Assembly (NCBI GenBank): GCA_040285855.1
Contig: JAUFOQ010000017.1
Span: 1,364,001 to 1,428,000, forward strand
Length of the DNA: 64,000 nt
Source of the DNA: Eukaryota sp. GEM-RC1
Taxonomy: Eukaryota
Direction of reading: 5' to 3'
Part shown: in pieces, positions 1-11,666 of the stretch
How the letters are laid out: every line of letters begins with the position of its first letter
Numbering within the stretch: the first letter of the stretch is position 1
Notes under the pieces: model-generated
Told to the model about the DNA's origin: nothing
Seen by the model: only the letters and a program-made list of their open reading frames with translations
Database searches by the model: none
Translations under genes and position numbers: made by a program

Positions 1-748
1 AAATGTTTCAAAAGGTGTTTTTGGAGTTTCTTAAGAGCAAATTTTAACGCGGTGACACATCGTTCTGGTATTTCACAAATATCTGCTGGAAAACAAGTTT
101 GCCAGAGGTCAGGTAAAATTAGCGACAATTCTGATCTCAAATTTACCAAGAAAAAACTACTTGTCGAAACAAGAAGATTTTCTTGACTCGGGTAACCTCT
201 ACAGAACTCAAAGACAAAATTCTTACCACCACTAATGAAAGCAGATTTGGTCCACCATTTAGACGAAGTGAAACCAATACCACCAAGATGAGGATCTGAG
301 AAGATGTGATTGTTCAAAGCAGCAGGATCCACTGATAACAAAAATGCAAGAAAGTCGGTACTAATTTTGTTAATGCTTCTACAGAAGTTATAGGTAAGCA
401 CAGGGGTAGAGAGTGAAGCAGATGAGTAACTTTTCCTGAACAACAAATTTTTAGCATGAAGAATTTTGAGATGTTTTTCCAATTGCAATTCCTTTATTTG
501 ATCTAATTCTTTTCGCATTGAATCCAAATATACATTCAGATCTTTAACTTGTCATGTGAACCAAGATAGCAACGTAGAAATATAAAGCTTGAAGATAAGT
601 AGTTCACAAAGGGAACCTCTAAAGAATTAACAATTAAAGTTACAGGTATTTTGACAATCAAAAAACATATTTGCACATTTAATTGAAGTTTAATTGCATC
701 GTACAAATCAGCAGCCTGATTCGCAATAATACGAAGAGTTGACATAGA
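1..748 (-). mobile_element. CRE-like non-LTR retrotransposon fragment (RT thumb region), degraded
   Basis: 246-745 is visibly near-identical to 29549-30053; translation MSTLRIIANQAADLYD matches the post-YMDD segment of that copy. Confidence 0.85.
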
Positions 749-752
749 AGTA

Positions 753-822
753 CAGTCAGGTTCCTATAATTTCAACCCCATCTGGACCTTGAAATTACAG
801 GAACCTTGAAATTATAGGATCT
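753..822. mobile_element. Tc1/pogo-like transposon terminus
   Basis: TA followed by CAGTCAGGTTCCTATAATTTCAA, with inverted subterminal copies TTGAAATTA(C/T)AGGA; partner end not found. Confidence 0.55.
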
Positions 823-1325
823 CTCTGTCTTCTCAACTACTTTCACTCATGGTACACTCTGTAGTCTCTGTATAACCTAATAAAACACCAATTCTTCATT
901 GTATTGCTTAGTCCTTCACATGAATCGCACTGATTCGATAAGTGTTGATTTCTCGTTGATCGTGTCGTCTGTAAGGGTGTCAATGATGTCCTTTTCCGTC
1001 GACTTCATCAACGCAACGTGTAGAGCTGTGTTTTGCACGTTTCAGACCACGTTCAGCAAGATTTGCGGAAATGAGTAACAACAGTACTTCCACAACAACG
1101 AAGAAGACGTTGGAGTTTCATAGTTATGTATTTTGGGCTGTAAGTGAGTGGAAGAATCCACTAGTTGAAACGCAGGCAAACGCAAAAACACGATTTATGA
1201 CACACATAGTAACATCAAACTGACTCTATCAATCATCAGCATAGCTAGAATGTACTTAGATAGCTATCAGAACCATACTTGTGGATCACAAACACATGTG
1301 ATCACACTGGCCTTTTATTTGTGAT

Positions 1326-1416
1326 TGTTAGCCACAGGTGTTAGTGAAGTGTTACTAGTACGTATAATTTGATTTATAAACACCCTTTACCTTCCCCTTT
1401 GCACCTTTAGGTATTA
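1326..1416 (+). repeat. 5' LTR of element A (91 bp, TG...TA)
   Basis: Exact direct repeat of 8036-8126. Confidence 0.97.
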
Positions 1417-1431
1417 ATAATTATTATCCTC

Positions 1432-4400
1432 ATGGTAAAAAGAGGAATCTTACTACAGCTGCTCCTAAGAAAGGAGTTACTAACCGCAGACAGCCAAGTA
1501 GGTCTGTCAAAAAGACCAGAGTATCGAAGAGCTCTGCCACCCCGATCGAAGTGCCTACTGAATCCTCAGTAGATGAAGAGGACTTTGTGTCCGAACTCTC
1601 CTCACCCGAGAGTCTCTCCTCACACGAGAGCCCATCTTCAAACGTTGATGGAAGTTCCTTGGCTTCTTCGGAAGCCGGCGAAACGACTGGTATAAGACCC
1701 TTGGGCTCTTCGGAGTCTGGCGGCAACCCTGGTCCTTTGGAGTCATCCATTGGACCAGAACAGGAAGATCCTCTTGGAATCAAGAAGGTTCTGGAGAAAT
1801 ACGGAGTCCCCGTTATCTCTTCAGATACCACTAGTACTCCGGGAGACAATGTTGTGGGTAATGCTACTTCGTCTGTAGTTCCACCAACATCATTGCCCTC
1901 TCATCGTGTTTCTGATTCTTCCTTGTTAGTTAGTAGTTTATTAAATAAAGATAACGTTGATCCTTCAGTTCCTCTGTCTAGAGAGGTTGAAGAGAGCCTT
2001 AGGCAACTTCAAACAGTCCTAGCTCAGCATAAGACCAGGGCAGAAGAAGCAAAACGACAGTTTCTGGAGCAACAGCAAAAAACAGCCAATCTTTCCATGA
2101 CTGAGAGAGCTCTAGCTGTAGAACAACAAACCGGTTATGTGTCTAGACCTCATAGAGATGCAGTTCCCAACGATCTCATCCCGTTTGTAAGTCCGTACGA
2201 TCAGAGTGTCTCCATCTCTGACTACGACTTGTGGCATCTTGCCAAATTTGCTCCCTGGCATCCCACTTTGCGTCATAGAATGCCTGCTGGAAGACATTAC
2301 TTGCTGAAAAATGTTCCTCCTGGCACGTCTCCTCAAGCCATAAAACAGTTTTTGGGTGACTTATATGATAGTAGAGCTGGTGATACTTATAGGTTTCCTT
2401 CCTCCTACTCTTGGGATCCTAGACATGGTATCATCATTGAACCTTTAGTCCAGATATTCAGTGCTGATGGTCAGTCAGTTTCATATGAATACTCCGCCTG
2501 GTACTTACATTCGTTGAACAATAAACGCAAGTTATATCACAACGTTTCTGTAAGTACCGAATGGCTCCCTACTGGTCATCAGTATAGTCATTTACCTGCG
2601 GCGACAAGAGTTCTGGATAGTTTGTCAACTTCACCACAAGATGTTGACTCTGTCCCTGTTCAACCTTTTTCTGGAATTGGTGGTTCCCAATTGGTACTCC
2701 CATTAGCTTCTCAAGCTATGTGTGAAAAAGCTACATTTGCTCCGAACCTTTCTGATTTAAATGGCTTAGATAGTGTTCAAAGATTCTTCCCTGGTGAAGT
2801 TTACAGACCTGAGCAGGTTGATAGATTTACACACGGTCTTAGAGATGGTATCTCTACCCAAAATTTTGAAGCTCAATTTGGTGGTGAAGAAAGATTCATC
2901 AGCTTAGAAGAACATGAAAGTGTTTATCGTAAGCCAGAAGGCTTTGCTAAAGGTTGTGATGAATCTATGTCCATGGCTCTCTCCTCAGAACAGCTTGCTC
3001 AAAATAGAAAAAATCATGTTGCTCACATGACCAGAAGTAGAAAAACTCCTAAACGATCAAATTCGATCGAGATAAGTGATCTGACTTCTCAATCAAAATC
3101 ACCTTTGGCAGAACTTTCTGATGTCACTGACTCTATGTCTGAAGATAGCTCATCTGAAGACGAAGAACCGAACGTTTTGGCTGATACTCCCATCATTTTG
3201 TCTGGTGTCCCTCAAAGAAAAGATCGAACAAAGAAAAAGTCCATTTCAAAGAAATCAAGACCCAGCTGCCTCAAATCCGAGAGTCGCGAGGACATAATTA
3301 AGTTCATCCATGAATTTAGTTATTGGGCAATTCATGTCCGGAAACAATCAAATCGTAAAGACTTTGACACTCGTTTAGGTATCGCTCCAATCAATAAATT
3401 TGATCTCGTAAGACTCACTTTGTTAGAGATTGATCCTACTGGTGTTTCCGAATTCATTGATCGTCAATTGCTGAGTGACTGGAAGCTTCTAAATGTTCCA
3501 GGTCCAGATTCAAACATAACTGAAAAAGACCTTTGGTTCAGATTGGTTCTCCTGAGCCAATACACTTCTACTACTCAAGCTATGGGTGATCTGAAGAATC
3601 TTAGACTTAGTCAATCTAATGATCCATCCACTGTAATGAATCGGTACCTAAAGCTTGTTATCAACATTTTAAAATGTTCGACAGCCATTTCCCTAGGTAC
3701 TGGTAGAACTTTTCTCCCAGCTAGCATCTCAGCCGACTTAGTGTTATGTACACTCAATCCTCAGAAAGAAATTGCTGTTCTAAACGATCTCCAAGTTAAG
3801 TGGGAACACACTTTAAAGAACAATGAACATTTGCTTCCTGAATTTTTGAGTGAAGTAAAGACAGCTTGGATCGATTACAAGCGTTCGATGCCAACGACAT
3901 CGTTTTCAAACTCTCAAAGAAGGTCTCGTGACCATTCCCGTGGAAATTCTCGTTTTCCTAGAAAGTCCTTCAACCAGAGGTACTCTAAACCCTCTGATGG
4001 TAAGTCCACTGACGTAGAATGTTTCAAATGTGGCAAAAAGGCCATTATGCTCCTGATTGTCGTAAATCTCAGGATAATGCAAAGTCCAATAAGCGTAGGT
4101 CTGGTGATAGTCGTCCTGATAGTCGTTCTCGTAGTTTTAAAAATCATAAATCTCCTAGATACATTTTCAAAATTGATAATGCACAACATAATTCAAACAA
4201 AAACACTACACCACTCAAATACACTAACCCTTTGGCTACTTTGATCACACAATCAAGTACGGGTAAAAGTGTTTCATCAGTTGAAACAATTCGTAGTCTC
4301 AACCAGAACCTAGGGTTCGAATCTAAAGGTAACGGTCCTTTATGTATTCGATTGTTAATCAACAATGCACCAGTAGTAGGAGAATTTGACTCAGCAGCAT

Positions 4401-7400
4401 CTTGTTCAGTCATTTCTCAAGATTTGATACGCTACTGTGAGATGACAACTACTGATAGTTGTATTGAATACATCTCAGCGAATAATATTCGTGCTACTTC
4501 CTTAGGTAGTGCAATTGGTGTTCTGACGTTCAACGTCGGCAGCTTGGCCAACCAGATTCATGTTAAGCATACTCTACCTGTAGTTCCTGGAACGAAAATT
4601 CTCCTCATTGGTAGAGATTTGCAAGAAGAACTGGGGTTGCTTTCGGATGATGGTCTAGTCATCAGATTAGATAAAGAACATCGCACTATTCTCAATGCAG
4701 AGAGTGAATTTGATGAGAGAATGAGGTCTCCATCAATTTCGATTAATAAAGTTCAATCAAAATGTTCAATAAATCAACATTCAACACATTTTCCTATTGA
4801 TCAGTACGGTAACACTCAATTAGATATAAATCTGTTTGAAGAAACCATTGACAACTCTGGTTGCACGATAGAATTGGATGATCCTACAAGAAGAACGGAG
4901 CTTCTGAGCCTACTCAGTAAATACAAACAAGTCTTTTCAGAAGACATACATCCTGATGGTATTGATTGTCCACCCATGACAATTCCATTTTATGATGAAT
5001 CTGTCACTGTATTTCGTCCTCCTAGAAGGCTTAACCCTGAAAAACAGCGTATAGCCGAAGAAATTTTTAATGAACTTATACGACAAGGATGGGCCGTACC
5101 ATCAACTGGTAAGTTCAGTAGTCCCATAGTCTTGGTGGTATATAATGATCACCGTAAGCCTCGTTTAACTGGAGATTTCAGTGGACCTGATGGGATTAAT
5201 GCTAATACCAGACCGGTGAAACCAAATTTACCTCGGATCTGTGATGTTCTAGAGTTCCTTTCGAAAGCTAATTTCATTGGAACACTTGACCTTCCTAAAG
5301 CATTCTGGCAGCTAAATGTAGCTGAAGAAGATGTCGAGAAGACCAGTGTGTCTATACCTGGAATGTCAATTAGCTTTAAACGAGCATGTTTTGGATTGAA
5401 AAACGTACCAGCAATCTTTCAAAACATCATGATGGAAATTTTCCATGTCGAAGGTGTTTTCATTTATATTGATGATATAATTGTTGTAGGCAATACCTTT
5501 GAAGAGTTTATTTCAAGAATGAATCTAGTACTGGAACGAGCAGAACGTTTTAGAGTACGGATTGGATTGAAGAAGTGTAGGTTCACCACTTCTAGACATC
5601 CTAATAAGATTCTGGGCAGCAACTTTTGTAATAAAACCCGTTGCATAGATGATAAAAGAGTTTCGGCGTTGATTGAGTTACCTGCTCCTTCAACTTTACC
5701 TGAAGTTAGAAGTTTACTTGGTGCTTTGAATTATGTTCGTGAATGGATTCCAAACTACTCGAACTTGACTGCATCAATCAATGAACTGACTCGTGGTAAA
5801 CCCAAGAGAATTGCTTGGACAAAAGACCATGATGCTTTATTAGACAAAATTAAAACTGAAATAATAAACCATATGGCTTTAGACTTACCTGATACTGATA
5901 AGAACATTATCATATCCACAGATGCATCCGACATTGCTGTTGGTGGTGTGATCTGGCAGGAACAAAATCCTCCAGCTCCTCCAGGTACTCCGTTAGAAGA
6001 ACGTAGAGTTAGACCTGTATCGTTTTATAGCCGTTTACTCAATGATAGTCAACAGAATTGGGCAGCTATCCAGAAAGAGCTGTATGCCATTCTCTTGATT
6101 CTGACCGAATCTAGTTTAGAAGGTTTCCTATTAAGTAGGCATTTGACGATCTTTACAGATCATAGGAACCTTGCTTATCTGATTTCAGCTCCAGAGAAGA
6201 ATCGTATTGTCAAACGATGGATTCCAATTCTCTCGGAGTTTGATTTTGAGATAGAGCATATAGCTGGTACAAACAATCAATGGGCTGACATGTTATCACG
6301 TGTCATTGACCGTCGCCCAGTTGAAACAATCAAATCTCTGTTGATCTCAAATCATACCATCAGAAATGATATAATTCTTTCTCACGAAGGGTTAATCTAT
6401 GATGAAGCTGATTACGTTGAGATGCTTCCTTGTAACACCAACATACTAGCTATCAAGAGTCTACAAGACCTCTCATCATACAATAAATTGCCTTTATTTG
6501 ATTCTTGGTTATCAACCATTCGAGCTGAACAACATAAAGCTATCAATGAAGGAGATCAACTGTTTCAGGATTCAACACTGTGTACTATGAGCAATGTATA
6601 CATCAACTCCAAGAACAAGATTTTGATTCCATCTAGTTTGAGAACGAAAGTTCTTTACATGCTACATGGATTAGTCCAGTCAGGACATCCAAACAAGAAA
6701 CGAAGTTTGGAAATATTGTTCAATAGTGGTTACTTTTGGCCAAGTATGAAAGCTGACATGGTCAAACATGTTATGCAATGCCCTGCGAGTCAGAAAACGG
6801 CACCTGTCCCTAAAAAGATAATTGAATCGACAGGTTCTCTATGGGCTGATAGACCTTTTGCTAGACTTAATGTCGACACAATTGGTCCACTTCCAAAAGA
6901 TCAAAATGGAAACCAATTCCTATTGGTGTTTGTAGATTCTTTCACCAGATACACCATTTTGAGCCCCCTCGAAGAACTTAACAGTAGAGAAGTAGCATAT
7001 CGTCTTGTGTGGGATGTGATTGCTATCTTTGGAATACCGTTTTGTATCCATAGTGATAATGGTACCGAGTTTGCCAATGCTATTTTCGAGGCAATATGTA
7101 ACCTACTGGCGATTGAAGTAAGTCGTTCGATTCCTCATTTCTCCCAGAGTAATGGACTGGTGGAACGACGTCACAGAGACGTTCTGCAAAGCCTACGTCG
7201 TCTTCTTGTGGACTTCAATGATTATGACAATTGGTCAACGTACATTCCAACTGTACAATTGCAAATCAACGCAACGAATAGTTCTGTGACTGGGCACTCA
7301 CCTTATGAATTGATGTTTGGTAGTGACATAAGTCCTGGTGCAGATCCTAGTAATTTACTAGCTGCTGTTGAGAAATCCACAAAGAATGTTCCGTTTATTA

Positions 7401-8035
7401 ACGACATTAAAATGAAACTGGATCGTCTTACTAAAAAGAGAGAAGAGGCAGAGGTTCGTCAATCGAGACTCAAGCCAAAGAAGAAGTCTGGCCCCAGTCA
7501 ATCATTCAATGTTGGAGACCTTGTTTTAAAAGCATCCAAAACTAGTAAGCTTCATGGTAATTACACTGGACCTTATTTAGTTGTCTCAATTGATTCGAAA
7601 TCGTCAGTTTCCTTAAAGAATCTGATCACTGGATATGTTAGTAAAACTAGCATTCATCAATGTAAGATCTTTCAATCAGATCTACCTGCTGATCATGATC
7701 TCCACAGAGCAATTGCTTCTGGGGATTCTGAAGAACACATCGTGGTTAAGATCCTAGATAGGTTCAATACACCCGATGGTGAACATTGTACTGTTCTTTG
7801 GTTTGGTGGTGATACTTCATCAGTTCCCACCAAGGACATCAAGAACACCAAGGCGTATAGTGAATTTGTAAAATTAGAAAATGTAGATTTATTTTGTAAT
7901 AGTAGAAACGTAGCTAAGAGTAAACCCACTAAGCTTAAACGTACCTCAAGCAGTATGAGTATTCCAAAGTCATCGTCTGTAGTTAAGACACCTGTAGCTA
8001 AGAGGACAAGGAGCTCAAGAAGAGAGAAGAGGTAA
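1432..8035 (+). CDS. Gag-Pol polyprotein of element A (two -1 shifts in A5 runs near 1440 and 4037)
   Basis: Adding one A in each run gives a single 2202-codon frame from MVKKRNL. Motifs: knuckle CFKCGKKGHYAPDC, protease FDSAAS, RT LDLPKAFWQ/YIDD, RNase H TDASD/KELYAI/TDHRNL, integrase VDTIG/SDNG/VERRH, GPY motif, chromodomain-like tail. Confidence 0.9.
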
Positions 8036-8126
8036 TGTTAGCCACAGGTGTTAGTGAAGTGTTACTAGTACGTATAATTTGATTTATAAACACCCTTTAC
8101 CTTCCCCTTTGCACCTTTAGGTATTA
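8036..8126 (+). repeat. 3' LTR of element A (91 bp)
   Basis: Exact direct repeat of 1326-1416; starts immediately after the pol stop TAA. Confidence 0.97.
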
Positions 8127-8267
8127 TGATCACATCACTTGTGATTCTAATGTGATCCATACTGAAGTGACGTCATTAATATAATACATGTATGTGATAA
8201 ACCTAGACCAGTTTTAATTGTTCAACAACAATCTACCGTATAGAGCACAAGTTTAGAGTCTAATCTG

Positions 8268-9022
8268 GTGCTCGAAAACTACATTTACCCTTTCCGAACA
8301 ATGGCATCACTTCCTTTTCTCCAATCCGATTGTAACAAGGACAATCCGCTTTACCAGCTCGTGAAAGTTTATGAAAACACGTCAGGTAAGGAAGACTTTC
8401 AATGTCAAGGGTGCTATAAGATATCAAACAATACTATATCATACAATAGATTTTACCACAAAACTTACTACTTCTGAAGTCATTGATTTCGCTATCCATC
8501 AATGGTGGTACTCTGTTGGTAGACAGCTTTATCCACAGTTGAGTCAATTAGCTCAAAGAATAACAGGCCATACTGGTTCAGCATCTACAACAGAAAGGAA
8601 TTGGTCTTCATTTGACTTCCAGGTGTCCAAAAGAAGGTTGAAAGTGACCAACGATGATTTGGATGACATGATGATTATTCATTTCAATACTCCTCTTCTA
8701 AAACAAGAACCCAAAAATTTGAATCTCGGTATTCTCAACTAAATACTTGAGACCAAATCTAGAGTGGGGGATGTTCTTTTGGATGTGGAAATATGGGTCT
8801 TTAGTGTTGTTGGCAGAAGAAGAACAACCGGCAGATACAATGGATGTTGTAGCAAATGTTGATTTGAGAGATGTTTTTGACGACATCACAGTTGACGATG
8901 AGGATGATAAAGAGGATATTGAAGAAGCTTTTGTGATCGAAGGAGCAGATATGGAGGAGCACATTGATGTAGATTGGTCTCAGGTCAGTGAAATAGATCG
9001 TGTTCGCAAAAGAAAGCTGTAG
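8268..9022 (+). pseudogene. hAT transposase C-terminal remnant
   Basis: WWYSVGRQLYPQLSQLAQRITGHTGSASTTERNWSSF...KRR fits the hAT dimerisation domain; acidic tail follows. Confidence 0.85.
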
Positions 9023-9214
9023 GGTTATGTAAGTTCGATATGTATAAATATTATAATACATTATTATCAACTTGATTTTTCCCAATAAACAGTATTTGTG
9101 ATCATAATTTGTGATTGTGATCACATGTGATCGTGTGATGTGGTTGTGATTGTGGTTGTGATTGTGATCACACTGACAAAACGAGTGTGATCAACAAGTA
9201 TGCTTTGGAGCATA

Positions 9215-10150
9215 CAGTCTTCCCTCGGTTTAATACCAAATTTTTGCTTCCAAACATTTGTCGATCGATCTTTCCTTCTCTATCGACCGTACATCGATCG
9301 ATCTCCTGTCTAACTATATGTACAATAAACACGCTTACATTCTATAGTCTTTGGCTTCACATTTGGAACTCAACACTAACCTTTCTTCTCTTCACACACT
9401 TTCCTTCTAAAGATGTTTTACAAAGAGTCGTATGTGTTATCTAGCCACACTCAACACCAAATTACGCCCAAAATGTCCCACTTCCTTTCTTCCTCTGTTC
9501 TCATCCTTTGTTTTGATATATATAAGGGTAGAATTGGGAGTGTTTACAATTTGGACTCAACGGGAACATTTTCCGCCGTGACCGGATGCCGACTTTATTA
9601 GAGACGTTTTGCTGGAGGTAGGTGATACCAAGAACGTTGAATGATTCCATATACCCTCTCAGGGGTTAGAATATCCTTCGTCTTGAAGGCAACCACATGT
9701 TCTTCCTCTTCGTTGACGGATTTCGCTGGTCTTTCTCCGTTTTCATTCCTTCAAACGCTTTCTACACAACGTTCTCATCTGATTTCTCCTTTCAAATTCT
9801 TTCTTTGGGAGGAGATTTTGTCTTCTCCAAGCTTTCTGTTTCTGGGCTGATACTTCTTCAGTGATCTCAGATGTACTTGTTGTCTGGTAAACTTCATTCC
9901 TAGCTCTTCGCTGTTCGCTAAAACATCATGAATGATGTCAAATTTCTCAATGTGTCACTGCCTTTTTCTTGAAACCCTTTCTCTCCCATATGATGGTCAA
10001 TGGTACCCCACTAGTATCATCAGTCGATGCACGTCAGTCATAGCTTTTTCACATCACAATAAACATCAATCATCGTCTGTTCACACTGCACGGAACAATC
10101 CCTCGATTTAGTGCCGGTCCAAACAGCGGCACTAAACCGAGGGAAGACTG
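9215..10150. mobile_element. Non-autonomous Tc1/mariner/pogo-type element (936 bp)
   Basis: Perfect 18-bp TIR CAGTCTTCCCTCGGTTTA, TA on both flanks, subterminal inverted copy at the right end. Confidence 0.9.
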
Positions 10151-10152
10151 TA

Positions 10153-10803
10153 CCTGGAAAATACACTTTTCTGTATTTAGTGTATTTGGGTATTTGTATT
10201 TAATATTTTTCAGTATTAAAATACTGTATTTTTTTAGAAATAGGATGCTGAACTTACGTACCTGTAAAGTACCTATTTTGGATGTACATGTACATGTAGT
10301 TCTATTATCTCCAATTTTTCTTCATGTTATGCACAGAAGTAAATTAAAACATGATACAAATCAAGATACAAGACGAAGTAGTTGTCGTAGTTTATCAGCA
10401 ACCGAAACAGAAGACAGACAAACAAACTACAGTAGTTTACTGGATTAGGTCGAGGAATAATTCTGGGAAGAATTGCTCTTTGATTGTGTTTCTCCAAAAA
10501 CATGACATAAAATACGTGCCAAAACCTGACCAACAAGAAAAAAAAACAAAATTGGGTCTGACGAGGAGTGAGAGACAATTGATCAGTCTCTATTTACTGA
10601 AGGAATTACAGTTTAACCTAAGTAAGAAGAAAGTATATAAGAAACACATATAGACACGAATCTAATTACATGTACATGTAGGCGATAGTTTAACATCATT
10701 GTTGTTGATGTACACTACTAAAAATACAGATAATACTCCCATCATTCAATTTTTTTTTTGTATTTTTGTATTTGTATTTTGTTCAACCCTTGTATTTTCC
10801 AGG
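10153..10803. mobile_element. TIR element, probably a hAT-type MITE
   Basis: 13-bp inverted repeat CCTGGAAAATACA and TGTATTT subterminal repeats at both ends; no TSD seen. Confidence 0.6.
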
Positions 10804-10899
10804 CTTCCAGGAATCTACGTCAGGAACTTCTCTTATTGATTAAACTCTATTGCATAAAGGCAATACTATCGAAAGTTCTCTCCGTTTCCCATGTAGAAC

Positions 10900-11666
10900 G
10901 GGTCAACGATTCCACATCTGGATGATGTTCCACTTCCTCCCTTACTGCATCTTCGTCTCTTACTTCATCTTCTTCAAAAGATCTTTCAACAACCACGAAA
11001 TTGGTTCTCAGTGTTCCTTCTCAACTAGTCTTGTCAAGTTGGTGTCCAACCAACATCCATTGCAGTATTTGGACATAATCTATTATGCTGTTTCGTCATG
11101 ACTTGACCAAGTACCGACCAATTACGGCTCAAGAGACGAATATCAATTTTTCGAAGTGGGTTTTTGTCGTTTCCATATTCCTGCCACCATTCATAACTAG
11201 GAGTGTTTCGAAGAGTACTATCCATTCCTCACTATAACTAGGTCTTATCTCTATACCTTTTACAGTCATCCCAAACTTCTTTTGCTTCGTCTTCTCTAAG
11301 CTCTTTGCTTAGGAATGATCTAAAACCTAACATCACACTAAGACCATATTCAATTTACTATGATTTTTAGTGTCAAGAACATGAGCAGCCACATGACTTT
11401 CAGTTAACATATAGTTGATCTTCATTAAGTTCTTCTGTTCTCTTGTGAGCCATCTTATCTTGATGACGTCATCAGATGACGTTCAATTTTCTTTTCAGTA
11501 AGTGCACATCTTGAAAGCCTAGATATGACGTATCTTTGTCTTCAAATTTGATCAGTTTTACAAATGAGTCGATCACGTCAGTTATCCTAGACCACAACCA
11601 TTGATGATTACGCAACCTCTCTTTTACAGTAAGAATTACAATAACAATCTCTATTAATTGTTTCAC
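10900..11666 (-). pseudogene. hAT transposase remnant
   Basis: EWWQEYG...LRKIDIRLLS..RNWSVLGQVMTK then NRL in the adjacent frame; AHVLD motif upstream; stops and frameshifts. Confidence 0.75.

Larger units (their letters stand above)
1326..8126 (+). mobile_element. Ty3/gypsy (chromovirus-like) LTR retrotransposon A, near intact
   Basis: Identical 91-bp LTRs, 4-bp TSD TGAT, gag-PR-RT-RH-IN-chromo order, polypurine tract before the 3' LTR. Confidence 0.97.
1274..9202 (+). mobile_element. Internally deleted hAT transposon hosting the gypsy insertion
   Basis: 17-bp TIRs CATACTTGT(G/T)GATCACA at 1274 and 9202, GTGATCAC-type subterminal repeats, hAT dimerisation-domain remnant; the 8-bp flanks do not match. 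Confidence 0.75.

Noticed and set aside
1358..1410. Intron-like GTACGT...polypyrimidine...TTTAG inside LTR A
   Set aside because: At 53 nt it is far longer than the host introns, the branch motif is poor, splicing gives no ATG, and LTR B has no equivalent.
1430..1849. Antisense ORFs over gag, pol and host genes
   Set aside because: Shadow frames without recognisable motifs.
1380..2099. Non-AUG initiation of gag A
   Set aside because: One extra A after ATG 1432 puts it in frame (MVKKRNL), matching the homopolymer error pattern.
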